This document shows, in pieces, positions 49,901-61,594 of a stretch of DNA of 64,000 bases. Position numbers and translations under genes: made by a program. Below the pieces are notes generated by a model. That model was not told the DNA's origin. It made no database searches and saw only the letters and a program-made list of their open reading frames with translations. The stretch is from Azolla caroliniana (taxonomy: Eukaryota; Plantae; Polypodiophyta), in contig JBHGNT010000001.1 of assembly GCA_043228905.1 (NCBI GenBank), positions 15,500,001 to 15,564,000 on the forward strand, given 5' to 3'. Numbering within the stretch: position 1 is the first letter of the stretch; each line of letters opens with the position of its first letter.

Positions 49901-50018
49901 CCAATCGATCGGCTTCTCCAAAAGCGATGAGGACCATTGTCTTTTTACCAACACAGCTCAAGATGGATCACCCATCTTCCTCATCATTTACGTGGACGAC
50001 ATGCTAATTTCTGGACGC
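46964..50018 (+). pseudogene. Copia gag-pol with a frameshift near 48466, truncated in RT
   Basis: Gag zinc knuckle CNYCKKPGHIKADC, protease WLLDLGASFH, GAG-pre-integrase, integrase and RT up to YVDDMLISGR. Confidence 0.85.
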
Positions 50019-53000
50019 CACGGGGAGGTTGCGTCGTGTACTCCCGAGGTTGTGCACCTATTCATGAGGTATATGAACGTGTTCGCCGCTTCTGCCGAAT
50101 ATGATTTCGGCAGGTTCTTCTCATTCATCATTGCGCATGCTACCTCTAGTATGTGCCGGTTCTTCCGCTCGGCTACGCCGTTTTGCTGAGGTGTGTGACG
50201 GCATGAAAATTCTCATCGGATTCCTTCCTTTTGGAGATACGTCGTATACTCATTCCAAAAATATTCTTTTTGAGATTGCTCCATGCTTCTTTCGACGTTT
50301 TTGCCTCTCGAATATAACGAAGCATGTGATCATGTACACATGATGCCAGGCAATACAACACACAGCTTGCAGCCTGATTCCATGCTGGGTAGTCGGCATG
50401 TGTCGGGTTAGGTTGCGTTTCGTGAGCTCCTTCAATATAGCTCCAGTATCCTTGTCTGATAAGGTACTAATGCATCTTGTACTCCCAAGATGCGAAATTT
50501 GTCCTGTCGAGCTTCTCCGTAGGAAGAGCGCTTCCCATTTGAGTATTCATGGTGATTTCTTCTTTGCTAATAAGCCGGTTCTATTGATCGTTAGCGTGTA
50601 CCACAACACAGTCGAATAGATTTGATTAAGCAACCACACGCTCTGATACCATGTAAAGAGATGGAGATGGTGGTGTAATGCAGCAGAAGATAATTGAGTG
50701 AGTGTGTGTGTGTAGCAAACAGAGAGAGAGAGGGAGGGAGGGAGGGAGGGAGAGCTCTTAACAAGAAAACTGTATATTACTTCCAACAATAACAAAGTTA
50801 CAAAGGGTTGGTTTAAATACCAGCATCTGAAGGTGTTCGACTGTCTTGCATACATGCATGATGTAAAGGACAAGAGCGCAAAGTTGGATCCGAAGTCCCG
50901 GCCATGCATATTCCTTGGATATGGCGATGAGGAGTTTGGCTATCGAGTGTGGGACTAGGTCGACAAGAAGGTCTTCTCAAGTCGAGACATAGTCTTCATG
51001 GAAGACAAGACTATTCCCGACAAGGAGTCGAAGAAGAAGTAGCGGACTTCAGGTTGACTGATAGAGATTGGTCGGAAGATACAAGGACCCATCCAACCAG
51101 AAGCCGGATGACGCTTGATGAACCAGTCGGAGTCAGACAAGAGTACGAACCGATCGAAGAAGAAGAAGATTTGGACACCGAAACTAGACATGAACTCGAA
51201 TTGGATTCGGATGAAGAACAGACGGAGGAACCAGTGGCTGAAGAACAAGGAAGAAGATATCCCCTTAGGGAGAGAAGAGCCCGCCGAAGATTTCCGGATG
51301 TAAAGCATGTGGTGCGGACCGATGAGGGCTAGCTAGAAAGCTTCGAAGAAGCAAAGAAAGACACCCACAACCGCAAGTGGTTAAGTGCCATGTAGGATGA
51401 GATGGATTCGTTGCTTGCGAACCACACATGAATTGACGGAGCTGCCGAAAGGAAAGAATGCGCTCCGGAACAAGTGGGTGTACAAGATGAAACGGAGAGA
51501 TTCCGGAAATCCACCAAGGTATAAGGCCCGCATTGTGGTGAAGGGCTTCCAACAGAAGAAAGGAGTGGACTTCGAAGAGATCTTTGCCCTAGTAGTGAAG
51601 ATGACATCCATCCGGACTATGGTGAGCATAGCGGTAAGCATGGACCTCGAGGTCGAGCAATTAGACGTCCAGATGGTGTTCCTGCACAATGACCTCAAAG
51701 AAGAGATCTGCATGCAACAACCGAATAAAGTTGTCAAGAAAAGGAAGGAGAACCTAGTGTGCCGGTTGAAGAAGAGCTTATATGGATGGAAGTTTGACTC
51801 CTTCATGACCGATCAAGGATACCACAAGACGCACGCCAACCACTGTGTACTTGTGAAGAATTTTGATGGAGGAGACTTCCTAATACTCTTACTATATGTG
51901 GATGACATGCTGATCGTTGAACCGAACCGAACCAAAATCAGGAATCTAAAGAAGGCCTTGAACTAAACCTTCTCAATGAAAGATTTGGGTCCAGCAAGAC
52001 AGATACTCAGGATGCACATAGTCTAGGTCCGGACGAAGAAGCTATTGTGGTTGTCGTAGGAGAAGTACGTGACAAACGTGCTCCAATGGTTCAGCATGAC
52101 GGATGCAAAGCCAGTCGGGTCAACACTTCTGGAAAACTTCAAGCTATAGGGGAAGAAAAGTCCGAAGACAAGGATGGAGAAGTCGGAGATGATGAAGGTA
52201 CCATATGCCTCTGCCATCGGAAGCTGAATGTACGCAATGGTGTGTACCAGAACAGATATCGGATATGCAGTCAGAGTGGTCAGCCGATTTATAAGAAATC
52301 TGGGAAGAGAACCCTGGAACGCGGTCAAGTAGATACTCCGGTACTTGAAAGGCACCTCGAGTATGTGCCTTCGATTCGGCTTAGAAAAACCCCAACTCGA
52401 AGGATACACGGATTCAGATATTTCAGTTGATGTGGATACCAGCCGGTCTAGTTCTGGGTATGTCATGACCTATGCGAGGGGAGCCATATCATGGCAGTTG
52501 AGGTTGCAGAAGTCCGTTGCACTATCGACTGCGAAAACAGAGTAGATGGCATTTGTAGAAGCCGGTAAAGAGGTGATTTGGATGAAGAACTTCATCGAAG
52601 AGCTAGGGATCTAGCAAGAGGAATTACGACTCTACTGCGATAGTCAAAGTGTCATCCACCTTGCAAAGAACGCAACATACCACTCCAAGACGAACCACAT
52701 CTAGCGTAGATACCACTGGCTTCGGGAGAGAGTAGAAGATCAAGACTTCGCACTGCTGAAGACCCACAAGGAGGAGAATAGGTCGGACATGCTAACCAAG
52801 GTGTTGTCAGCCGACAAGCTAGACGTGTGTAGGAGATGGATCATATTGACAAGACATCACATGCCGGAGTGAAGGGGGAGAATGTTGGGAATTCGGTCCC
52901 TCCAGATGAGACGGATCCGACGGATCCGAGGACCCAGGGACATATCTCTAAATATGTTTCTAGCATGCTTGTCATGGCCATATTTGTAAATAGCTCTAAA

Positions 53001-54755
53001 GTCATATAAGTATAAATATGACTTAGGGCAATCACTTTGTGTGTGGTTACTTGTTGTCATTATTACCATTGTATTGAGACAGTGAGAGTGCTAAATACAT
53101 AACCTATTTTATGTTGTAACCACCAGTTGGTGAAGACATAGGGCTCGAGATCATTGCCTTTGAGTCTCACATTGTATCCTCTTCTTATAGTGATAGTTGG
53201 AGTCTCTGGGATCCCATGGTTTTCCCCAGTTAGGGTTTTCCACGTTAACATCCTGTGTACTCTATGTTGTCTGTGTAAGTGTATAAATCTCCATTTCTGT
53301 TTTGTTCTTCCATTGAGTGTTTAAGACTCGGTTGTGGTCGAGCGCCATTTCTGCACAGTTCATTGTTCGTGCTTCTCAACCCATCGGTTCCTCCGTATCG
53401 GTGTCGATTTTTGCTGCCTTCTCATCCGTTTGGCCTTCAATTGATTCGGCTCCTCTGAGTTGAAAAATCCAACCGAATCGGTTGCGTCCTATTCATTCCC
53501 CCTCTTGTCCGAATTGGTGGCCTCCAATTCGTCTTCAATCTTTAGGCCCTTTACCACATCAGACCATGTTCGGATCTTGGCCCTCTTCTTTGGTCAGCTC
53601 TATCCTTGATTGTGCCGCCATCACCGCTCGTTCTGACTTTTTCGGATGTGCCGACTTCTTCAATCGACTCAGCGTCCTTTTTCTTCTTGTATCCCCTTGT
53701 TTCGGTCTTTTCCTCTTCTCCGGCTGCATTATCGGTGCCTCTACTTATTCTTCTGGTTCTCCCCCTCAAGTGCGGCATCTAAAGATACTATAACCCAAGC
53801 ATCTCTGAAAAATGTTGCAACTTTTTTTACTAAATAAAATGGCTCATCACTCCGACCGGATAGTTGATATTGGGTCGGGTGATTGTCAAATAGATAAGGC
53901 TTCCGACAATTTTCTGGAACTGTTTCTCACGGCAGGCTAGTTCGGAGTCATGATGTAGCTTGAGGTTTCGGTCCAAGGGTGTCGAAACTGGTCAACATTC
54001 GGTCATGCCAAACTTGTACAACATATTCAATACATAGTGGCGTTGTGACAACAATATGACGTCAGGGGTGTGGATCACTTCGATCCTGAGGAAGTATTGA
54101 AGGTTTCCCAGTCCCTTCATTTCGAATGCTTCCGACAGCTGGGACTTCACTCGGCTAATTTCAGGGAGGTCGAGTCCGGTGACGACCAAGTTGTCGACAT
54201 AAAGCAGAATGCATATTGGACCTTTCGGACCCTTCATGATGAACAAGAATGAGTCAAATTTGGAGGCACGATGTGTGATCTTTGAATTACAAGCCCACAG
54301 GGCTTGCTTCAGGCCATAGAGGGACTTCTTGAGTCGGCACACTGCGGACTTGTTCATCTCTGACTGAAAACTGGGGGGCTAAATCATGTAGACTTGTTCT
54401 TCAAGATTGCCTTGAAGAAATGCATTCTTCACATCCATTTTGTAAAGATGCCACCCCCTTGCCACAACAACTGCCAGCACCATAGGAACCATCGTCATCT
54501 TCGCTACCAAGGCGAAGATCTCATCGTAGTTTATTCCATGGGTCTATGCATATCCTTTCACCATTAGTCGAGCCTTGTACCGATTGATTGAACCGTCAAC
54601 ATTATATTTCACTTTGTATACTCACTTGCAGTCAATCGTTTTGTAGTGTTGGGGGGGGTCAACCAGGTCCCAGGTGTCGTTGGCATCGAGTTCCCTCATT
54701 TCTTCCTCCATCGCAACATGCTAGTTCGTGTCTTTCACTGCTTCTACGTAGCTCT

Positions 54756-57700
54756 TGTTGGGATTACGGTCCCTTCGGATGGGATGGTCGGATCCGGACG
54801 GGACGGTCCCGGTTTCGGTTTCGGTACCGGATGACGAATGTACCCGGAGAGCGATCCGGATGCAGGGACATATCAGTGAATATGTTTCCTATGGGCCCAT
54901 GTGGCTACAGTTGTAAATAGCCCAAAGTCATATAAGTATAAATATGACTTAGGGCAAACAGTTTTTAGTGTTGCTTCTCATTTTTCTGTTTTTCCACTCA
55001 AGAGGAGTGAAGAGTAAGCAGCCGTGAGAGAGAGAGAGAGAGAGATAGAGCGCGAGAGAGGAAGAGGACGACGCCTCTGTGTATTTCCGCCGCCTGTGGC
55101 GAGGACAGCGAGCTCAAGGTTGTCGCCTTGGAGCTCGTCATTGTATACTTCTCTTTGTATAGTGTTGTTTGGAGTCTTGTACTCCCGTGGTTTTTCCCAT
55201 CTAGGGTTTTCCACGTTAATCACTGTGTACTCGTGTATTTCTCTTTTGGTTCCTATTTTCTGCTCCATTGATCCGCAATTACTCGGGTGTGGCCGACTGA
55301 AGAAGGTGAATCGAAGCGTTGATTCTCAACAAACTGGTATCAGAGCGACTGTTGCAGAAAATGGAAGGCGGCGGCAGCGGGCAGCCGGGGATGATGGTGC
55401 TGAACGCACAGAATTTCGCCGACTGGAAGATCAAGATGGAGGATCTTCTGATTGTTCGGGACCTGTACGAACCGATTGACAGGTCGGAAATACCGAAGGG
55501 GGTACTTGAGTCGGAGTGGAAGCTCCTGAACCGGAAAGCCGTAGCGACGATCCGACAATATGTCGATGTAAGCGTCCTACAACATGTGGCGAACGACACC
55601 AACGCATATGAAATGTGGAAGAAGCTGTCGGGCCTCTACGAGAGGAAGAATGCGTTGAACCGGACCTCCCTGATGAGGAAGATTGTGAATCTCAAGTACC
55701 GGGACGGCGAGAGTATGGTGGAACACGTAAGCACGTTCATGGGATTCGTGAATCAGCTTGCGGCGATCAAGTTCCCGCTGGAGGATGCAATGCAAGCCAT
55801 CATCTTGATGTGTACATTGCCGGACAGCTGGGAGAACTTGGTGGTGACTCTCAGCACCTCCTGCACCGAAGATAACTTGTCCTTGCAAACGGTAAAGACA
55901 AGTATCTTGAACGAAGAAGCGCGTCGGAGAGACAAGGAACCGGCCTCCGAACCGAAGATGCTATTTACCGAATCGGATCGGGGAAGACAATGGAACCGGA
56001 GTCCGCAAAGACGGGAGAAGTCGGGGACCCGGTCGCAGTCAAGAGGAAGGCCCACATGCTTCCACTGTGGGAAGCCGGGGCACTTCCGAAAGAACTGTCG
56101 GCATTACCGAAAAGACAACGGAGCCGACGACACCGATTCGAAGAAGTCACCGGAGAGAAACGGTGCATACCGGGGAGCCACGGACCGGAGAGGTTCGGAT
56201 CGGCGAGGGCAGGACCGGAAAGGAACGACGGCACTCGCGGCAAGTGAAGAAGAAATCATGCTCATCACCGAAGAAGGTGAGCTAAACATTGCCGGCGATG
56301 AGACGACCTGGGTGGTCGATTCCGGAGCATCGTTCCACCTGACCCCGGAGAGAAGATACTTCTCATCCTACACAGCCGGGGAGCATGGCTGCGTTCGGAT
56401 GGGAAACGAAGGTACGTGCCGGATTGCCGGCATAGGAGACGTGTGGTTGACAACCCCGACCGGATGCAAAATGCTGCTGAAGAATGTCCGACACGTTCCG
56501 GAGGTCCGACTGAACCTGATTTCGGCCGGGAGGCTAGATGATGAAGGCTACACGGGTAGCATCCGGAACGGTGTCATGAAGTTCAGCAAGGGGAGCTTGA
56601 TAGTGGCTCGGGCCCGGAAGGTCAACACACTGTACCTGATGAATGCCTGGTTGTGTCCGGAAGAGCTGAACGTGGCAGCCGACACTGCCGGTGAGCTGTG
56701 GCACAAAAGACTGTGCCACATGAGTGAGAAGGGGATGAAGAGGCTTGCAGAAGACAACCTTATCCCAGTGAAGCATGTGCACCTGGAGAAGTGCACCGAT
56801 TGCCTGGCCGGTAAGCAGAACCGAACTTCCTTCCACTCAAGGCCACCGACGAGACGCAGTGCACCATTGGAGTTGGTGCACACGGACGTGTGTCAAGTAG
56901 AAACGAAGTCACATGGCGGAGCCCAGTACTTCGTAACATTCATCGATGATCATAGCCGAAAACTGTGGACGGCACCGATGAAGACAAAGGACCAAGTGTT
57001 GTGCGTCTTCAAAGAACTCCACGCGAGAGTGGAAAGAGAATCCGGCAAGAAGCTGAAAGCAATACGAGCGGATAACGGAGGGGAATACCGGGGGCAGTTC
57101 CAGGAGTACTGTCGCTCGAAGGGAATCCGACTCGAATTTACTGTGCCGAAGACGCCGGAACTGAACGGGCTGGCCGAGAGGATGAACCGGACCATAATGG
57201 AGAGGGTCCGGAGTATGCTGGCACATGCGAAATTACCCAAGGGATTTTGGGCTGAGGCAATGTCGACGGCGACATATGTGATAAACAGATCACCCTCAGT
57301 ACCTTTGGACGGAGACACGCCGCAGAGAGTGTGGACCGGTAGGGAAGTATCCTACCGGCATCTGAAGGTGTTCGGGTGTCTCGCATACGTGCACGTGGCG
57401 AAGGACCGGAGAGGAAAGCTAGATCCGAAGACCCGGCCATGCATATTCCTCGGTTACGGCGACGACGAGTTCGGCTACCGAGTATGGGACCCGGTCGACA
57501 AGAAGATATTCAGGAGTCGAGATATCGTCTTTATGGAGGACAAGATACTCACCGACTGGGAGTCGGAGAAGAAGATGAAGAGCTCCAAGGCGACTGGTGA
57601 GGATAAACTCTACGAGGAGCAGTCCCGACCGGCAAGGGACCGGTTAGCACTCGAGGATCCGGCCGAAGACGGTGAAGAAAGAGAACCGGCCGAGGAAGAT

Positions 57701-60023
57701 GAAAATGATACCGGAACCGTTCCCGATCCCGAAATGGATTCGGATGAAGAAGAAGAATCGGGAGAACCGGTTACCGAAGCTCCGGAACGGAGATATCCTC
57801 TAAGAGAGAGAAGGGCCCCCCGGAGATTTCCGGAACCAGAGCACGTGCTGCTAACCGACGAAGGGGAGCCGGAGAGCTTTGAAGAAGCAAAGCATGACAC
57901 CCAGAGCCGCAGGTGGTTGAGTGCCATGCAGGACGAGATGGATTCCCTGCATGAGAACCACACATATGAACTTGTGGAGTTGCCGAAAGGAAAACGGGCA
58001 CTCCGTAACAAGTGGGTGTTCAAGCTGAAACCGGGAGATGCCGGAAACCCCCCGAGATACAAAGCCAGGATCGTGGTGAAGGGGTTTCAGCAGAAGAAGG
58101 GCGTCGACTTCGACGAGATATTTGCCCCGGTAGTGAAGATGACCTCCATCCGGACGGTGCTGAGCATAGCGGCAAGCATGGACCTCGAGGTAGAACAGAT
58201 GGACGTGAAGACGGCATTCCTTCACGGTGACCTCGAAGAAGAGATCTACATGCAGCAACCGGAAGGATTCGAGAAGAAAGGGAAGGAGCACCTGGTATGC
58301 CGGTTGAAGAAGAGCCTTTACGGACTGAAGCAGGCTCCCCGGCAATGGTACCGGAAGTTCGACTCCTTCATGACCGACGAAGGGTACCTCAAAACGCAGT
58401 CCGACCACTGCGTGTTTGTGAAGAAGTTCGAAGGAGGAGACTCTCTAATACTCCTCCTGTACGTGGACGACATGTTGATCGTCGGACGGGACCAGGTCAA
58501 GATCCGGATGCTGAAGAAGGCTCTTCACCGAACCTTCTCAATGAAGGACCTGGGTCCGGCGAGACAAATACTAGGGATGCACATCATCCGGGACCGGAGC
58601 AAGAAGCAGTTGTGGCTGTCACAGGAGAAGTACGTGACGAAGGTGCTTCACCGGTTCAACATGTCGGAAGCAAGACCGGTCGGATCGACCCTCCCGGCAA
58701 ACTGCAAGCTATCCAGCAAGCAAAGTCCCAAGACAAAGGCTGAAAAGGAGGATATGATGAAAGTGCCGTATGCCTCAGCCGTCGGGAGCTTGATGTACGC
58801 CATGGTGTGTACGAGACCGGACATCGGATATGCAGTCGGAGTGGTGAGCCAGTACATGAGCAATCCCGGTAAAGAGCATTGGAACGCGGCCAAGTGGATA
58901 CTCCGATACCTGAAGGGCACAGCAAACGTGTGCCTCCGATTCGGCTCCGGAAAGCCCGAACTCGACGGCTTTACCGATTCGGATATGTCGGCTGATGCAG
59001 ATACCAGCCGGTCCACATCAGGGTATGTGATGACGTATGCAGGGGGAGCTGTTTCATGGCAGTCGAGGCTGCAGAAGACGGTTGCGCTGTCAACCACGGA
59101 GGCGGAGTACATGGCGGCTGTTGAAGCCGGCAAGGAAATAATATGGATGAAGGACTTCATTGGAGAGCTCGGTATCCGGCAGAAGGAGTACCGACTCTAC
59201 TGCGACAGTCAGAGTGCAATCCACCTTGCAAAGAACGCGGCCTATCACTCCCGGACGAAGCACATCCAGCGAAGATATCACTGGATCCGGGAAAGGATAG
59301 AAGACAAGGAGTTCGTGCTGACGAAGATCCACACGGACGAGAACGGGTCGGATATGCTGACCAAGGTGCTCACACCCGACAAGCTGGAAGCATGCCGGAA
59401 GAGGATCGGATTGGAGAGACATCCCATGCCGAAGTGAAGGGGGAGTTTGTTGGGATTACGGTCCCTTCGGATGGGATGGTCGGATCCGGACGGGACGGTC
59501 CCGGTTTCGGTTTCGGTACCGGATGACGAATGTACCCGGAGAGCGATCCGGATGCAGGGACATATCAGTGAATATGTTTCCTATGGGCCCATGTGGCTAC
59601 AGTTGTAAATAGCCCAAAGTCATATAAGTATAAATATGACTTAGGGCAAACAGTTTTTAGTGTTGCTTCTCATTTTTCTGTTTTTCCACTCAAGAGGAGT
59701 GAAGAGTAAGCAGCCGTGAGAGAGAGAGAGAGAGAGATAGAGCGCGAGAGAGGAAGAGGACGACGCCTCTGTGTATTTCCGCCGCCTGTGGCGAGGACAG
59801 CGAGCTCAAGGTTGTCGCCTTGGAGCTCGTCATTGTATACTTCTCTTTGTATAGTGTTGTTTGGAGTCTTGTACTCCCGTGGTTTTTCCCATCTAGGGTT
59901 TTCCACGTTAATCACTGTGTACTCGTGTATTTCTCTTTTGGTTCCTATTTTCTGCTCCATTGATCCGCAATTACTCGGGTGTGGCCGACTGAAGAAGGTG
60001 AATCGAAGCGTTGATTCTCAACA
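54756..60023 (+). mobile_element. Intact, very recent Ty1/Copia (Tork/Tnt1-like) retrotransposon
   Basis: 576-bp LTRs at 54756-55331 and 59448-60023 with no differences seen. GCTCT TSD on both sides, PBS TGGTATCAGAGC at 55335-55346, PPT at 59434-59445 and a single intact ORF. Confidence 0.97.
55361..59437 (+). CDS. Copia gag-pol polyprotein (1358 aa from the first ATG after the PBS)
   Basis: Uninterrupted ORF: zinc knuckle CFHCGKPGHFRKNC, protease WVVDSGAS, integrase HTDVC/DNGGEY/NGLAER, RT LYVDDML and RNase H FTDSD...SRTKHI. Confidence 0.95.
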   Translation: MEGGGSGQPGMMVLNAQNFADWKIKMEDLLIVRDLYEPIDRSEIPKGVLESEWKLLNRKAVATIRQYVDVSVLQHVANDTNAYEMWKKLSGLYERKNALNRTSLMRKIVNLKYRDGESMVEHVSTFMGFVNQLAAIKFPLEDAMQAIILMCTLPDSWENLVVTLSTSCTEDNLSLQTVKTSILNEEARRRDKEPASEPKMLFTESDRGRQWNRSPQRREKSGTRSQSRGRPTCFHCGKPGHFRKNCRHYRKDNGADDTDSKKSPERNGAYRGATDRRGSDRRGQDRKGTTALAASEEEIMLITEEGELNIAGDETTWVVDSGASFHLTPERRYFSSYTAGEHGCVRMGNEGTCRIAGIGDVWLTTPTGCKMLLKNVRHVPEVRLNLISAGRLDDEGYTGSIRNGVMKFSKGSLIVARARKVNTLYLMNAWLCPEELNVAADTAGELWHKRLCHMSEKGMKRLAEDNLIPVKHVHLEKCTDCLAGKQNRTSFHSRPPTRRSAPLELVHTDVCQVETKSHGGAQYFVTFIDDHSRKLWTAPMKTKDQVLCVFKELHARVERESGKKLKAIRADNGGEYRGQFQEYCRSKGIRLEFTVPKTPELNGLAERMNRTIMERVRSMLAHAKLPKGFWAEAMSTATYVINRSPSVPLDGDTPQRVWTGREVSYRHLKVFGCLAYVHVAKDRRGKLDPKTRPCIFLGYGDDEFGYRVWDPVDKKIFRSRDIVFMEDKILTDWESEKKMKSSKATGEDKLYEEQSRPARDRLALEDPAEDGEEREPAEEDENDTGTVPDPEMDSDEEEESGEPVTEAPERRYPLRERRAPRRFPEPEHVLLTDEGEPESFEEAKHDTQSRRWLSAMQDEMDSLHENHTYELVELPKGKRALRNKWVFKLKPGDAGNPPRYKARIVVKGFQQKKGVDFDEIFAPVVKMTSIRTVLSIAASMDLEVEQMDVKTAFLHGDLEEEIYMQQPEGFEKKGKEHLVCRLKKSLYGLKQAPRQWYRKFDSFMTDEGYLKTQSDHCVFVKKFEGGDSLILLLYVDDMLIVGRDQVKIRMLKKALHRTFSMKDLGPARQILGMHIIRDRSKKQLWLSQEKYVTKVLHRFNMSEARPVGSTLPANCKLSSKQSPKTKAEKEDMMKVPYASAVGSLMYAMVCTRPDIGYAVGVVSQYMSNPGKEHWNAAKWILRYLKGTANVCLRFGSGKPELDGFTDSDMSADADTSRSTSGYVMTYAGGAVSWQSRLQKTVALSTTEAEYMAAVEAGKEIIWMKDFIGELGIRQKEYRLYCDSQSAIHLAKNAAYHSRTKHIQRRYHWIRERIEDKEFVLTKIHTDENGSDMLTKVLTPDKLEACRKRIGLERHPMPK

Positions 60024-60727
60024 GCTCTCTAGCTCACGCACTTCCGCCACTTTCGTCATGTACTTATAGTGATGCGCCATGTACACATTATACCCATACC
60101 ACTTCACGAGATTCTTTTGGCAGGTCGATTGGCATAACTTCTTGTTAGTTGATTTAAGCGCCCTTTTGGCCGACGGTCCGTCCTCATTCTTTTCGGAGTC
60201 GAATTCGCTCCGATATTATTCGTGTCTTATGATCTCGTATTCCAACATCTTTTTCTTCCCCTTCTCTTTGCGCGAAGACAACACGACTAAGTCTCCACTA
60301 CTTGTCCGCTCATCATCCGATCGATCGTTCCGACTCAGTCTTTCATTCGGCCAACTCAACCGCAATGAAATGGGATTCTCTTCCAAAGTGCCGGACTCTT
60401 CTTCCTCTTCTTCTACCCGAATCATTTTGGGCTCACTCACCTCATCCTCAGTGATCCGATGATCGGAGTTTTCGAGGGTCGGAGTCGGTAAGGAGTACCA
60501 TAATGCCGACTCATAGAATTCAACATCTCGGCTCGCTCGGACATCCTTTGTCTGCGGGTTGTAGCACTTTTACCCCTTCTGAGCATGTGAGTAGTCGACC
60601 AAAATTCACTTTTCCGACTTTGGGTCCTGCTTTCTAGGCTTCTCATTGGGCACATGCATATAGGCAATGTTGTCGAATATCCTCACATGATCGGTGCCGA
60701 GGCAGACTCGTGCAGAATCGCGGAGTT

Positions 60728-61186
60728 TGTTACCGTACGAGATATATGAGTGATTGATAAGTATGATAAATGAGGGTGAAAGATGTAATGTGTTGATATG
60801 TATGTATAATGTTATACGATTATGAGTGTGAATGTAAGTGTGAGTGGTGAATACAAAGAGGTGTGAGTGAATGACTAGGTGTAAAGGCTCAAGGGGCTTG
60901 CACCCTTGTGTATCCACCCTTTTGTACCTATTTAACCCCTTATGGGGAATGAATGAAGAATAAAAGAACATTTCTCTCTCAATCTCTCTCTCCCTTACGT
61001 TGAACCCCTTTGGGAGGGGGGTGGAGCCATTCTAGGCACCACCCCCCACCCCTCAATGCTTGTCTTGTTCTTCATGATCTCTCTCACCATTATACTCTCC
61101 ATTTTCACTATTACACAATGTCTATCTTCATCATCAATTATTATTATTATCATTATCATTAACCCTAACCCTAAAAACATATAACA
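60728..61186 (+). mobile_element. LTR-like element (TGTTA...TAACA), with a partial second copy at 63477-63632
   Basis: Terminal inverted pentamers, a TATA-like motif and AATAAA. The first about 155 bp recur at 63477. No TSD. Confidence 0.6.
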
Positions 61187-61372
61187 CCTTTTGACGACTA
61201 CTAAGGCAACCCCCCTTTGAAGTTGAAGTCGAAGACTAATACGAGCCAAAGCCATGGCTACAACAAAATGTGCAAGAAATCAAATCAATGATGTGTGAGA
61301 AATGCTGATGATTATTGAAAGCCGTCGAGGAATGTAACACGATGATGTTTACGTGAGTGCAAGAATGGAGAC

Positions 61373-61594
61373 GACAATGTGCAAATGTGTAGTTAGCAAC
61401 GTGTGTGCAAGAAAGTGTGTTGCGAGAGACAACCAGAAAGACGGCCAGATGAACGACAGAGCAGGAACCAACACAGAAACTCGACAATGTGCAAATGTGT
61501 AGTTAGCAACGTGTGTGTGCAAGAAAGTGTGTTGCGAGATACAACCAGAAAGCCGGCCAGATGAACGACGGAGCAGGAACCAACACAGAAACTC
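61373..61594. repeat. Tandem duplication of a unit of about 110 bp
   Basis: 61373-61482 and 61483-61594 are near-identical. Confidence 0.85.

Larger units (their letters stand above)
43279..50018. mobile_element. Young rearranged Copia: minus-strand integrase-RT-RNase H-PPT-LTR fused head-to-head with plus-strand U5-PBS-gag-pol
   Basis: LTR 43279-43577, U5 remnant 46223-46270 and PBS 46273-46284. Inverted arms at 44725-46235 and 48508-50018. Confidence 0.85.
40688..50821 (-). mobile_element. Nested degenerate Copia (3' LTR about 40688-41117, truncated 5' LTR 50652-50821, Met PBS 50640-50651)
   Basis: Matching LTR segments. RT, RNase H and integrase fragments at 41171-43270 and gag remnant at 50020-50540. 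The middle is replaced by another Copia. Confidence 0.8.
38599..53357 (+). mobile_element. Older Tork/Tnt1-like Copia host element (LTRs 38599-39091 and 52883-53357) with nested insertions
   Basis: Related LTRs, mutated Met PBS (39095-39106) and PPT GTGAAGGGGGAG. Gag-integrase (39117-40687) and integrase-RT-RNase H (50822-52860) are collinear with the intact 55-59 kb element, with about 380 bp of integrase missing. No clean TSD. Confidence 0.75.
53850..60690 (-). mobile_element. Degenerate Copia RT/integrase remnant (family of 18514-23353), split by the intact element
   Basis: Collinear with about 19250-20800 on both sides of the GCTCT TSD. Confidence 0.8.

Noticed and set aside
53360-53850. 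E/K-rich minus-strand frame after the LTR
   Set aside because: Probably a retroelement remnant, but no diagnostic motif was found.
61161-61176. Telomere-like AACCCTAACCCTAAA
   Set aside because: Only two imperfect units, a motif common in plant LTRs. Not an interstitial telomere array.
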